DNA of 64,000 nt from Desulfobacterales bacterium (GTDB lineage Bacteria > Desulfobacterota > Desulfobacteria > Desulfobacterales > UBA2245): contig JAXGZF010000004.1 of NCBI GenBank assembly GCA_040771865.1, positions 415,916 through 479,915 of the forward strand, in the 5' to 3' direction. The translations under genes and the position numbers were made by a program. Below the pieces are notes generated by a model. The model did not search any database. It saw only the letters and a list, made by a program, of their open reading frames with translations, and was not told the DNA's origin. Each line of letters begins with the position of its first letter. Position 1 is the first letter of the stretch. Shown piece by piece: positions 17,232 through 27,240 of this stretch.

Positions 17232-19418
17232 ATGAAGCCAAAGAACCGATTTTCAAAATATATCCGGTTTATGATCTATCTGGCGGTGGTGATCCTGGTC
17301 AATCTGGCGGGACAGACCCTGTTTTTCCGTGCCGATCTGACCGAAAACGGGGCCTATTCGATATCCGGCGTCAGCAAAGAGGTAGTGGCCACGCTTTCCG
17401 AGCCGTTGACGATCAAGGTGTTTTTTACCAAAAATCTGCCGGCGCCGCACAATGCCACCGAACAGTACCTGCGCGATCTGCTGGCCGAATACGCTTTGTA
17501 CGGAAACCGATATTTCAATTACCGGTTTTACAACGTCAGCGCGGAGGGGGATGATGCGCGCACCGAAGAAAACCGGGCCGCGGCCGAAAACTACGGCATC
17601 TATCCGGTTCAGATTCAGGCGGTCGAACAGGATGAGGTCAAGTTCCAGCGCGCCTACATGGGCCTTGTCCTGATTCACGGAGATATTGTCGAGCGCATCG
17701 ACACGATTACCGGCACCGAAGGACTGGAGTACAAGCTGACGACGGCCATTCAGAAACTGAACAACAAGGTGAGCGCACTGCTGGGTCTTGAAGACAGGAT
17801 TCGAGTCTCCCTGTATCTTTCCTCATCGATCAAAACTGTCGCCCCTTTCATGGGGCTGGAGCAGCTGGGGAACCTGCCCGTGCATATCGAAGGGATGATC
17901 AACAAGCTGAACGCCAAGACCTACGGCAAACTTGAGTTCCGGCATGTGGATCCCGAAGATCGGGAACTGGAGGAACTGACGAGCCGGTATCAGATCATGA
18001 CCCTGAAATGGCCGGAACTTGAAAACGGTCGGATCGCGGCCGGAAGGGGTCTGATCGGCCTGGTCATAGAACACGGGAAGGACAAGGCGGAGCTTCCCCT
18101 GCTGTCCGTGATCAAGCTTCCGATCATCGGAACCCAGTATCAGCTGACCGATATTCCGAAGCTGGAAGAGATGATCGTCGATGCGGTGGACTCCCTGATC
18201 AACATTCATCAGAAGGTCGGTTATCTGGCCAGTCATGGAACCCTCCCTCTGCAGGATCCCGGCATGAACTCCTTCGGCCGGTCAGAGGGGGATATGGCCA
18301 CCTTCAGCAATCTCGTCTCCCAGACCTATTCCCTTGAAGAGGTGAATCTCGATGCGGAAACGGCCGAGGGACTCAGATGCCTGATAATCGCCCAGCCCAC
18401 CGAGGCATTCACGGATTACGAGCTTTATCAGCTCGATCAGATGCTGATGCGGGGAACCAATCTGGCGATATTCACCGATGCTTTCCGTGAAATGCCGCCT
18501 ACGGGACAACCGGTCTACGGCGGTCAGGATCCGACCTATTTGCCGCTTGAAACCGGGCTTGAAAAACTGCTGGCGCATTACGGCGTCCGCATCCTGCCCG
18601 CCTATGTCCTGGATGAAAGCTGCTACCGCCAGCAGCTGTCCCCCCGCTTGGGCGGCGGCGAGAGGATGATCTATTTCGCCCCGGTCATCAAAAGCGAGCA
18701 GATCGATCATATCCTGCCGTTCATGAAAAATATCCGGGGGCTGATCACGATGAAGGTTTCCCCGCTGGAACTCGATGAAAAGCGCATTCAGGAAACGGGC
18801 ATTCGAGCCGTGGAATTGCTGCGTTCTTCGGACCGGTCCTGGCAGATGAAGAACAGAATCAACTTCAACCATGCGCTGGTTCAGCCGCCTCGGGACGAGG
18901 AAGCGATGCACTCCATGCTTCTGGCCTGTCTTCTGGAAGGCAGCTTTCCCAGCTATTTTGCCGGAAAGCCTGCTCCGGAAAAGCAGATGGCCGGGACCGA
19001 TGGACCCGTAGCGTCGGGAGCGCCTTCACCCGGTCAGGCCGGCCGAAGCAAGGCGGATCTTTCCGGAATTCAGGGAGAGGGCGTGTTTCGCGCCCAGAGC
19101 CGGCCGGGCCGAATCTTGATCATGGGTTCTTCGGAATCGCTGAAAAACAACCTGATCGATGAGGAGGGCCAGTCTCCCAATGCCATGTTCATCCTGAATG
19201 CCCTGGACGCGCTGAACGACCGTGAGCAGATTGCCGTGATGCGCAGTAAGATTCAGCGATTCAATCCCCTGACCGACGCCGGCGCGGCGAAGAAAACCCT
19301 TGTCAAGACCTTCAACATTGCGGGCCTTCCGGTGATGGCGGCGCTTTTCGGCGTGCTGATATGGATGCGAAGGATTTCGCGCAAGAAACGGATTCAGATG
19401 ATGTTTCAACGACGCTGA
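17232..19418 (+). CDS. GldG-like ABC auxiliary membrane protein
   Basis: DLTENGAYSIS N-terminal motif, EYKLT, GYLASHG, C-terminal TM helix. Confidence 0.85.
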   Translation: MKPKNRFSKYIRFMIYLAVVILVNLAGQTLFFRADLTENGAYSISGVSKEVVATLSEPLTIKVFFTKNLPAPHNATEQYLRDLLAEYALYGNRYFNYRFYNVSAEGDDARTEENRAAAENYGIYPVQIQAVEQDEVKFQRAYMGLVLIHGDIVERIDTITGTEGLEYKLTTAIQKLNNKVSALLGLEDRIRVSLYLSSSIKTVAPFMGLEQLGNLPVHIEGMINKLNAKTYGKLEFRHVDPEDRELEELTSRYQIMTLKWPELENGRIAAGRGLIGLVIEHGKDKAELPLLSVIKLPIIGTQYQLTDIPKLEEMIVDAVDSLINIHQKVGYLASHGTLPLQDPGMNSFGRSEGDMATFSNLVSQTYSLEEVNLDAETAEGLRCLIIAQPTEAFTDYELYQLDQMLMRGTNLAIFTDAFREMPPTGQPVYGGQDPTYLPLETGLEKLLAHYGVRILPAYVLDESCYRQQLSPRLGGGERMIYFAPVIKSEQIDHILPFMKNIRGLITMKVSPLELDEKRIQETGIRAVELLRSSDRSWQMKNRINFNHALVQPPRDEEAMHSMLLACLLEGSFPSYFAGKPAPEKQMAGTDGPVASGAPSPGQAGRSKADLSGIQGEGVFRAQSRPGRILIMGSSESLKNNLIDEEGQSPNAMFILNALDALNDREQIAVMRSKIQRFNPLTDAGAAKKTLVKTFNIAGLPVMAALFGVLIWMRRISRKKRIQMMFQRR

Positions 19419-19500
19419 GTTTCCGGGTCCGCGCGCCAGAAATCAATTCTGAATTCAGGGATAAAACCGTGGTGAACATGCTCATATCAAGAGGAATGCC

Positions 19501-20508
19501 ATGAAGATCAAGAAAGAGATGATTGTTCTGGCGCTGTTGATCATCGCTCTCAGCGCGTATCTGGCTCTGCGCCGGACGGATCGAACCCACTATGCGCTTC
19601 CGGAGATTTCGCCGGTTGACAAAAAGCAGATTTCCAGGTTGGAAATCTCGAAGGCCGGCTATTCGGCGGTTCTGGTCCGCGAGCAGGACCGCTGGTATCT
19701 GGAAGACGGCCATTATCCGGTTGAGCCTGCCAAGGCGGACAGAATGCTCGACGAAGTCTCGGACCTGACCCTGACGGCTCTGGTCAGCGAATCGAAATCC
19801 TATGAGCGCTATGGGCTGGACCCGGCCGAGGCGCTCGAGATCAGCGCCTGGGCCGGAAAAACCCGGGTCCGTTCTTTTGCCGTCGGCAGGACCGCCTCCA
19901 CCTACCGGCATACCTTTGTCCGGCTGGCCGATGATCCCCGAGTCTATCATGCCATCGGCAATATGGGGGGCTTATTTGATTCAAGTCCCTCCGAACTTCG
20001 CGACAAGACGGTGCTTTCCTTTGATCCGGAGCAGATCCATGCGATTCGAATCGTTGAGAATGAGAAAACCGTCTCTCTGGAGCGCCGTCAGGCGCCTGAG
20101 GCCGAAAAGGAAGCTTCGAAGGACAGGGAGGAGGATTCGGACGCTTCCGGCAAGGACTCCGTTGCGAAAAATGATGCATGGGTCGATGCTGCCGGGCAGC
20201 CGGTTTCCTTGGAAAAGACGAATCAGTTGATTTCCGGTCTGTCGCGGCTCCAGTGCGACCATTTTCTGGAAGACCGGAAAAAGGAAGAATACAGGGATCC
20301 GGTCGTCGAAATTACCCTGGAAGGTTCCGAGCCGTACGTGCTTTATGTTTTTGAGAAAGACCTGGAGGGGCACCCGGCTGCAACTTCGATGAGTCCGTAT
20401 CTGTTTATTCTGAACGATTCCTGGATGAACTCTCTGAAAACTGATATTCAGGAACTGGGGAAACCCGATGCGCCTGAAACACCGGCTTCGAAAGCCAATG
20501 CCGGTTAG
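19501..20508 (+). CDS. DUF4340-domain protein
   Basis: N-terminal anchor, YGL and LRDKTVL repeats; usual position after gldG-like genes. Confidence 0.8.
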   Translation: MKIKKEMIVLALLIIALSAYLALRRTDRTHYALPEISPVDKKQISRLEISKAGYSAVLVREQDRWYLEDGHYPVEPAKADRMLDEVSDLTLTALVSESKSYERYGLDPAEALEISAWAGKTRVRSFAVGRTASTYRHTFVRLADDPRVYHAIGNMGGLFDSSPSELRDKTVLSFDPEQIHAIRIVENEKTVSLERRQAPEAEKEASKDREEDSDASGKDSVAKNDAWVDAAGQPVSLEKTNQLISGLSRLQCDHFLEDRKKEEYRDPVVEITLEGSEPYVLYVFEKDLEGHPAATSMSPYLFILNDSWMNSLKTDIQELGKPDAPETPASKANAG

Positions 20509-20529
20509 CCCTTTGCAAAGGAGCGTGCG

Positions 20530-20733
20530 ATGGAATGCAAGAAAGAGCGGAATCTGAGTTTTTGCGCCTGCACCTATGATTCCTGTTCGCGGAAAGGCCT
20601 GTGCTGCGACTGCCTGCGGTATCACCTGAAAAGCCGCCAGTTGCCGGGATGCTGTTTTCCCGCCGACGCCGAGCGGACTTACGATCGGTCGTTTGAACAT
20701 TTTGCGCGTCTGGTCCGGGATCGGAAAATCTAA
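20530..20733 (+). CDS. Small Cys-rich protein (DUF6485-like)
   Basis: CxCTY..CSRKGxCCxC..YH....LPGC.F; RBS AAGGAG. Confidence 0.8.
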   Translation: MECKKERNLSFCACTYDSCSRKGLCCDCLRYHLKSRQLPGCCFPADAERTYDRSFEHFARLVRDRKI

Positions 20734-20813
20734 TTTTCATGCCCGGTTCGAGCGCGACGAAGCGCAAAATGCCCGGGCTGTATTCACGAGAACAAAAGGA
20801 GAACCGATCTGCC

Positions 20814-21173
20814 ATGGGACTCAAAGAAGATATCGAGGCGGGGATTACGGCCATTCATTACGGATTGTTTGAACATGCCGTGGAATGCCTGACCCGTGCG
20901 ATCAAAACCGGAAAAGCCGATGAAGAAGCCTATTATTTCAGGGGCATGGCCCACAATGCCATCGGCGACATGGACCGGGCGATTCAAGATTATACCCGTG
21001 CCCTGGAAATCCGGCCCGGGGTTGCGGAGATTCATTTTCTTCGGGCCGTCTGCTGGGAAAACAAGGGCGATTGCGGGAAGGCCGTCGCCGACGCCCAGGC
21101 CGCACTGGACCTGGATCCGGAAGATGAGGCCTGTCAGTGCTACATTGAGCAGATTCGGGCCAGGCTTGTTTAA
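20814..21173 (+). CDS. Tetratricopeptide repeat protein
   Basis: AYYFRG...AIQDYTRALEIRP TPR pattern; RBS AAGGAG. Confidence 0.85.
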   Translation: MGLKEDIEAGITAIHYGLFEHAVECLTRAIKTGKADEEAYYFRGMAHNAIGDMDRAIQDYTRALEIRPGVAEIHFLRAVCWENKGDCGKAVADAQAALDLDPEDEACQCYIEQIRARLV

Positions 21174-21269
21174 GGCAGGGGCAAGTGCTTTAAGAATTCA
21201 TGAATGGTTCCGGTTTTGCGTGGGTCATGATCATGCATAACTTTTAAACCGGTTGCAAGGAGGTGGATC

Positions 21270-21845
21270 ATGAAAGTGGTTGCGTTTAACGGTAGTGCCC
21301 GAAAGGACGGAAACACGGCGTTTCTGGTGCGAACGGTTTTTGAAGAACTCGAGAACCAGGGCATTCGGACCGAGTTGATCCAGCTGGCCGGCCAGGAGAT
21401 TCACGGATGCACGGCGTGCATGCGGTGTTTTTCCGAGAAAAACCGGCGGTGCGCCGTGAAAAACGACGCCCTCAACGCCTGCATCGAAAAGATGGCCGGC
21501 GCCGAAGGGGTGATTCTGGCCTCACCGACGTATTTCGCCAATGTCAGCCCGGAGATGAAGGCGTTGATCGACGTGGCCGGCATGGTCAGCATCGCCAACG
21601 ATGCCATGCTGCGGCGCAAGGTCGGCGCTGGGGTGGTTGCCGTGCGCCGGGGCGGCGCCATTGGCGCCTTTGACGCCATGAATCACTTCTTTTTGATTTC
21701 CCAGATGATCGTTCCCGGTTCATCTTACTGGAACATGGGTTTCGGCATGGAAAAAGGCGAAGCGGCCGGTGATTCCGAGGGAATCGACACCATGAGGACC
21801 CTCGGGCAAAACATGACCTGGCTGATGAAAAAAGTTTACCGTTGA
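21270..21845 (+). CDS. Flavodoxin-family iron-sulfur flavoprotein
   Basis: GSARKDGNT, CxxCxxC-x7-C, ASPTYF, RRGG, GSSYWN. Confidence 0.92.
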   Translation: MKVVAFNGSARKDGNTAFLVRTVFEELENQGIRTELIQLAGQEIHGCTACMRCFSEKNRRCAVKNDALNACIEKMAGAEGVILASPTYFANVSPEMKALIDVAGMVSIANDAMLRRKVGAGVVAVRRGGAIGAFDAMNHFFLISQMIVPGSSYWNMGFGMEKGEAAGDSEGIDTMRTLGQNMTWLMKKVYR

Positions 21846-21851
21846 TCGGTA

Positions 21852-22946
21852 TCAGGGCAATACGGGCCGGACGATCAGCCGGTCTCCCGGATGGATGGGA
21901 CTTCTGGAATTGATGTCGTTCCAGATCAGCAGCGCCTTGAGCGGCACGTTGAAATGCTCGGCGATAATGGACAGATTGTCTCCCTTTTTTACCACGTATA
22001 CGCTGTTTTCACGCGCCGCCAGCCATTCGGCCAGCAGATTCTGAAGCCGCTCCTCGAATCCCCGGGCCTGGGGAACGCAGAGAAGGTACCGGCCTGCATC
22101 CAGATAATGTCCCATGATCTGGGGATTGAGGTTTCGAATGTTTTTGAAATAGGTTCCGGCGGCCCGCGCGATCAGATAAACCGGAATGGCCCGGGAACAG
22201 TTCACTTCAACGGATTCGCAGACCTCCGGCGGATACAGATCCTCTGTACCCAGATCAAATCCGTAGCGCGCAGGGTCTGCAATAATCAGTTTGATTGCGA
22301 CGATTCGAAATACATACCTCTGGGTTTCCAGGGGAAGCCGAAGACGGTAATAATCGGTTTCGCCCTGGGCGAGCATTTCCCCCTGAAGGCCGTCTTCTCC
22401 CATATTGTAGGCGGCGGCGGCCAGGGTCCACGAACCCAGCAGCTGGCGCAGTTCGCTCAGATAATCCAGAGCCGCACGTGTGGCGGTTTGCGTGTTGCGC
22501 CGTTCATCGATGTTCCGGTCAACCGTCAATCCGTATTTTTTTGCCGTGGAGGAAATGAACTGCCACAATCCCACCGCTCCCTGGGATGAAACCACCTCCG
22601 GCATCAGCGCACTCTCCGCAACGGCGATGTATTTGAGATCATCGGGAAGGTTCCGCTCCTTGAGAATGGCTTCGATGCGCGGAAAATACCGTGCCGTGCG
22701 CTTGAGCCAGAGAATCGTCTGGGCGCGGTTCCAGAGGGTCAGCATCATCTCTTTTTCGAAGTTTTCCCGAACCTCGGGGATTTCCATGGGAAGGGATTCG
22801 CCGCAGAAGTCCGCCGACCGGTGCATTCTCAGCACCGAGATCAGCGAGGGAATCCGGTCAGGCTCAGGCAGGGGCGGGGTTTCGCCATATGCCGGAAGGC
22901 TCCATAATATGAGAACCGTCAGGATAAGCCAGGCTGTTTTCGACAT
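21852..22946 (-). CDS. Lytic transglycosylase (SLT) with C-terminal LysM domain (MltD-like)
   Basis: AVAES, GAVGLWQF, AAAAYNMGE, ETQRYV, YVVKKGDNLSIIA; start uncertain. Confidence 0.92.
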   Translation of the reverse strand: MSKTAWLILTVLILWSLPAYGETPPLPEPDRIPSLISVLRMHRSADFCGESLPMEIPEVRENFEKEMMLTLWNRAQTILWLKRTARYFPRIEAILKERNLPDDLKYIAVAESALMPEVVSSQGAVGLWQFISSTAKKYGLTVDRNIDERRNTQTATRAALDYLSELRQLLGSWTLAAAAYNMGEDGLQGEMLAQGETDYYRLRLPLETQRYVFRIVAIKLIIADPARYGFDLGTEDLYPPEVCESVEVNCSRAIPVYLIARAAGTYFKNIRNLNPQIMGHYLDAGRYLLCVPQARGFEERLQNLLAEWLAARENSVYVVKKGDNLSIIAEHFNVPLKALLIWNDINSRSPIHPGDRLIVRPVLP

Positions 22947-23160
22947 CGCGGGGATAGCTCCCTTGTTCTTCGGCCTCATTTTGCGCCGCATACGGGGCAG
23001 TCTGAAATAATGGTTCAATTTTTACCATATCGGTCAATGGATTGCAAATCTTCGACCGAGTGGCCGTTTGAAGAAAAATCGTTATAGCGCATGTCGGTTT
23101 TGGGGTCATTGATATATTGATTGACGGACAGAATGCTGCAATTCGTCTATTCTAATCATC

Positions 23161-23256
23161 ATGCCGCGAAAATTCAGAATTGACGCTGCGGGAGCTTTGC
23201 ACCACGGAAACGCGCGGGCTTTTTCCCCGAAAAGACCCGCGCGCTGCGGGGGATGA
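23161..23256 (+). pseudogene. 5' stub of a REP-associated tyrosine transposase (RAYT/Y1)
   Basis: MPRKFRIDAAGALHH matches the typical RAYT N-terminus MPRxxRIDxPGALHH; homology then stops and a TGA follows after 31 codons. Confidence 0.65.
23211..23243. terminator. GC-rich hairpin downstream of purH
   Basis: CGCGCGGG-CTTTT...AAAAG-A-CCCGCGCG. Confidence 0.55.
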
Positions 23257-23257
23257 G

Positions 23258-24508
23258 TTAATGCCGGAAGCTTCTCTGGCCGGTAAAGACCATGGTAACA
23301 TTGGCCTCATTGCAGGCTTCAATGGACTGGTAATCGTTGATCGAGCCACCCGGCTGAATGACTGATGTAATTCCTTCCCGAATGCCCACATCGACCCCGT
23401 CCCTAAAGGGGAAAAACGCATCGCTGATCATGGCCGCGCCGATCAGGCCACCCTTGAGTTCGTTTGTGCGGGCGTCGACTGCGGCTTTTTTGTCCGGATC
23501 TTTCAGATCGTTGTAAGGAATGCCGTGCGTTTCAAAACAGAGGCGGTCGGCAAGTTTTCGGTATGCCTTGTCCCTGGCGATTTCCGCGACGCCCACCCGG
23601 TCCTGTTCGCCGGTGCCGATTCCCACCGTAACCAGGTCCTTGACATAAATGACCGAATTGGAGGTGACGCCGGATTCCACCAGCCAACCAAAAATCATGT
23701 CGGCGTATTCGTTTTCCGTAGGGCTTCGGCGGATTGCGTAGGTTTTGCCTTTGTATTCGCACCGGGCCAGGGCGAGATCCTCCCTGCGCCGGGCCGTGGG
23801 AACAAAGGACCACTGGGCGATGATGCCTCCGTCGATCAGGCTTTTGAAATCAACGAACCGTTTGCCGACGAATTCCTGAAGACGCTTGATATTGCCGATG
23901 CGGATCACCCTTAGATTTTTGCGCCTGGCAAAGATATCCATCACGCCGGGTTCGAAATCCGGCGCCGCGACGACCTCGGCGTATTGATTGGATACGGCTT
24001 CGGCCGTGGCCAGGTCCACCGGACGGTTGACGGCGATGCAGCCCCCGAAGGCCGCCACGCGGTCGGCCATATAGGCCTTGTGATAGGCTGATTCAAGAGT
24101 TTGTGCGAGAGCGACGCCACTGGGGTTGTTGTGCTTGACAATGGCAACGGCCGGCTTGTCCGAGAAGTATCTCAGAATATTCAAGGCGTTGTCGACATCG
24201 GTGAGGTTTATCTTTCCCGGATGTTTGCCGGACTGAAGCAGGGCCGCATCCGAAGCCAGATACCGGCCGGGCTGAATGGTTTCGATTCCGCCGAGAACCA
24301 GGTTCCCGTTGATCATGCGATACAGGGCCGCTGGCTGGCCGGGATTCTCGCCATAGCGAAGCCCCTTTTCTTCTCCGCCGATGGTCCAGGTGGCCTTTTC
24401 ATAGTACAGGGTCTGCCTTTGGGCGCCCTCGATAAAACTGATTTCCATCTTCGAAGGGAAGGGATCGTCGGCCATGGTGTGGTACATTTTCTTGAGATCT
24501 TCAGCCAT
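23258..24508 (-). CDS. purH: PurH AICAR-transformylase-like domain (C-terminal half of split PurH)
   Basis: LRYGENPGQ, KHNNPSG, AFGG, SDAFFPFRDG, IQPGGS, FTGQRSFRH. Confidence 0.9.
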   Translation of the reverse strand: MAEDLKKMYHTMADDPFPSKMEISFIEGAQRQTLYYEKATWTIGGEEKGLRYGENPGQPAALYRMINGNLVLGGIETIQPGRYLASDAALLQSGKHPGKINLTDVDNALNILRYFSDKPAVAIVKHNNPSGVALAQTLESAYHKAYMADRVAAFGGCIAVNRPVDLATAEAVSNQYAEVVAAPDFEPGVMDIFARRKNLRVIRIGNIKRLQEFVGKRFVDFKSLIDGGIIAQWSFVPTARRREDLALARCEYKGKTYAIRRSPTENEYADMIFGWLVESGVTSNSVIYVKDLVTVGIGTGEQDRVGVAEIARDKAYRKLADRLCFETHGIPYNDLKDPDKKAAVDARTNELKGGLIGAAMISDAFFPFRDGVDVGIREGITSVIQPGGSINDYQSIEACNEANVTMVFTGQRSFRH

Positions 24509-24563
24509 TGTTTTTTACCTTCGGGCCTGTTCAAAAAATTGCACAGGCGGTTGCGGGGTTGGG

Positions 24564-25241
24564 TTAAAACCGGTAGCAGCTTCTCACGGCATCGATGGGA
24601 CGTGAGACCAGAAACCCGGCGATGGCCTGATCGTAGCGGGCCGTGTGGGCAAAAGCCTTGCGGGCGAGACGAAAACGCAGTTCAAGGGAGGTCTCGCCGC
24701 GGGAGGACTTCATTTCAGCGATGATTTCCCGGTAGTCCGACGGGTCCACCACCGATGCGACCCTGTGAAAGTTCTTTGCCGCGGCCCTTATCATGCAGGG
24801 TCCGCCGATGTCGATGTTGCCCCGGGCCTGTTCGACCGTGACTTTCGGGTCAGCGACGGTTTTTTCGAAGGGATAGAGGTTCACCACCACCATGTCGATG
24901 GCCGCGGCGCCGGTTCGCTGCATGTCCGCGGCGTGAGATTTGTTGTAGGTTTCGGTCAGAAGTCCCAGATAGATTTTGAAATCCAGGGTCTTGACCAAGC
25001 CGCCCTGGGTTTCGGGCTGGCCGGTGTATTCGGAGACCTGAATGAGATTTTTCGATGCCGAATCACCCATAAACTCCTGAATATGGGCATAGGTGCCGCC
25101 GGTGGACAGAATCCGCATTCCGGGGTTGAGGGCGATCAGTTCGGGGATAAAGGCGTCCAGGCCGGATTTGTCTGAAACGCTGACCAGCACATTGGAAACC
25201 TTGACCCGGTCGTCGATTCTTTCCACGATGTTGATGCTCAT
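24564..25241 (-). CDS. purH: PurH IMP-cyclohydrolase (MGS-like) domain (N-terminal half of split PurH)
   Basis: SVSDKSG, STGGT, VKTL, VVNLYPF, IDIGGP, RAAAKN, AFAHTARYD. Confidence 0.9.
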   Translation of the reverse strand: MSINIVERIDDRVKVSNVLVSVSDKSGLDAFIPELIALNPGMRILSTGGTYAHIQEFMGDSASKNLIQVSEYTGQPETQGGLVKTLDFKIYLGLLTETYNKSHAADMQRTGAAAIDMVVVNLYPFEKTVADPKVTVEQARGNIDIGGPCMIRAAAKNFHRVASVVDPSDYREIIAEMKSSRGETSLELRFRLARKAFAHTARYDQAIAGFLVSRPIDAVRSCYRF

Positions 25242-25246
25242 GCGCG

Positions 25247-25957
25247 TTACCTCTTTCCTTCGTATTCTTCCAGAAAACGTTTGAAAAACAATTCCATGAA
25301 CTCATGACGCTGATCGGCGATTCTGCGGCCCTCCGCGGTCAGGATTTTCTCGTGGATGCGGCACAGCTTGACCTTGAATTCCCTGAAACCCGTGTCATCG
25401 CGCGAGTAGGGTGCCGATGCAAAGACATCCGCCTCCGGGCTGTGCAGGCGCGCGCCGACCTCGCCGGCAAACAAAAATGCCCTGGCCACGCCGACCGCTC
25501 CGATGGCATCGAGCTTGTCGGCATCAAACAGCACTCTGGCCTCCAGCGTGCGGGGCGGCGTCGTTCCGCGGAATCGATGGGACTGAATGCAGTGAATGAC
25601 ATTTTCTCTCTGATCTTCGGAAATCGGCAGCTGCCGAACAGCCGGCCCGGCCATTCGAGCGCCGTGCTGCGCATGGCAGATTGCTCCGCGGGAAACGTCC
25701 TGAGCATGCCGGCCGATGTCGTGCAGCAAAGCGGCAATGCGCACGGTCGTCATGTCGGCGCCTTCCTTCTCGCCGATTCTGGCGCAGAGATTGTAGACCC
25801 GCAGGCTGTGATCCCAGTCGTGGCTGCTTCGGGCCCGATGATAGAATTTCCGGGCGATTTCGTATGCCTGCCTGACCGGATACGACGCATCCCCGAGCGT
25901 CAGAAGAGTCTCGGACGCGGAAGTTTCGTCAATGGACCGGCTTCGGCATGTCAGCAT
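25247..25957 (-). CDS. HD-domain phosphohydrolase (start uncertain)
   Basis: SHDWDH..RV, ALLHDIG, HRFRG, DADKLDAIGAVG. Confidence 0.9.
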   Translation of the reverse strand: MLTCRSRSIDETSASETLLTLGDASYPVRQAYEIARKFYHRARSSHDWDHSLRVYNLCARIGEKEGADMTTVRIAALLHDIGRHAQDVSRGAICHAQHGARMAGPAVRQLPISEDQRENVIHCIQSHRFRGTTPPRTLEARVLFDADKLDAIGAVGVARAFLFAGEVGARLHSPEADVFASAPYSRDDTGFREFKVKLCRIHEKILTAEGRRIADQRHEFMELFFKRFLEEYEGKR

Positions 25958-26163
25958 ATTGATTTTGCAATTCATGTGTGTCGTGGTTCCTGTCGATACC
26001 GCAAACGGCTTCATATCATATGCTCGAAAAAATTCCACTGCAATATTTTGCTTTCAGGTTCTTGGAATACATTTGAATCCCGGCGGCGTTCCATTGGCCA
26101 GGGATCGAAATAGGGCGAAAGAAAAGCGGGCTGCGCATTCAAAAAAAAGAGGTGTTGAATTCT

Positions 26164-26862
26164 TTATTCCAGGCTCATCAGGGACGCCCACCTCTGGAAT
26201 TCATCGGCAACGCTCAGGCCTTTTTTTTCGAGCAGACGGATCATGGCCGGATCATTGAAGCGAAGGTAGGGGTTGACCTTGAGCTCCTGGGCCAGCGTGG
26301 AGCGCACGCAGGCGGGATCGTAGGCTTTCATGTATGCGTCGATATGGGGATGGTCGGGTTCCATGCGCTTGGCAAAGGCTATGGCGTCTTTCACATAGTC
26401 GTGGCCGGCGTAGATAATCGTTTCCGGAGGAAAGCGCAGCACCCATTGAATGGAGTTGAAAAACCCCTTCAGATCTCCGGTGAAGCAGTTGCCCACGGTT
26501 CCGTTGAACAACAGGTCTCCGGTGATCAGCGCAGGGCCGGCATGCAGGGTCACCGAATCGAGACTGTGTCCCGGAGTCGAATGGGCGTGAATCGGGGCTT
26601 GGCCGAGCAGCAGGGTCTTTTGGCGGACCAGAGCCGCCGGGGAAAGATATTCGGCACCGGTTTCTTCGACCAGGCGCCGGTTGCCGGGCGTGTGGTCGGC
26701 ATGATTATGCGTGTTGGCAACATAACGCAGTTTCAGGCCCTGGTTCTGAACAAAGGCCAGAATTCGATCCACTGCGCCTCCATCGACCGCCAGCGCGGAA
26801 TTGTTTTCGTAAATCAGATAGCTCAAATTGTCCTGGGCGTAACGAAACTGTGCGATGTGCAT
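26164..26862 (-). CDS. gloB: Hydroxyacylglutathione hydrolase (glyoxalase II)-like MBL-fold protein
   Basis: THNHADH, TPGHS, TGDLLF, YAGHDY, STLAQELKVNPYLR. Confidence 0.88.
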   Translation of the reverse strand: MHIAQFRYAQDNLSYLIYENNSALAVDGGAVDRILAFVQNQGLKLRYVANTHNHADHTPGNRRLVEETGAEYLSPAALVRQKTLLLGQAPIHAHSTPGHSLDSVTLHAGPALITGDLLFNGTVGNCFTGDLKGFFNSIQWVLRFPPETIIYAGHDYVKDAIAFAKRMEPDHPHIDAYMKAYDPACVRSTLAQELKVNPYLRFNDPAMIRLLEKKGLSVADEFQRWASLMSLE

Positions 26863-26917
26863 GAACCGGCACTCTCCCTGAGGCCTCAATCGAAAGCCGC
26901 CGAACAGTGCGCGGACG

Positions 26918-27223
26918 TCAGCGGTTTCGTTTCAGAAATGCTTCGATATCCAACGCGATCATGTCCTGCGCATCGGCCTGCGGGGCCTGGGCCTGCTGAT
27001 CGACTTTCGGAAGAACGGCCTGCGCATCGGCCTGCGGCGCAGGGGCCGGTTTTGAATCACAGACGGCGCCTTTTTCCAGAAATTCCCGTATCCGCCCCAG
27101 CTCATCAGCGATTCTGGCAATTCCGGCGCTCAGTTCTCTGAACGCCGATTCTGGATCAGAGAGAGCCGTCCTCTGGTTTTTGGATGAATCCCGTTTTTTT
27201 GAATATAGTAAAGAATCCTTCAT
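26918..27223 (-). CDS. Hypothetical protein with coiled-coil and APQADAQ duplication
   Basis: ORF lies in operon order after the ATPase; RBS-like AAGGA; 19-bp direct repeat at 26965-26983 and 27019-27037. Confidence 0.6.
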   Translation of the reverse strand: MKDSLLYSKKRDSSKNQRTALSDPESAFRELSAGIARIADELGRIREFLEKGAVCDSKPAPAPQADAQAVLPKVDQQAQAPQADAQDMIALDIEAFLKRNR

Positions 27224-27240
27224 TCTAAATCCTTTTGGCC

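Noticed and set aside
15586..20508. Gliding-motility system (GldA/F/G-like genes)
   Set aside because: This ABC plus DUF4340 arrangement is widespread in non-gliding bacteria, and no other gliding or T9SS genes are present.
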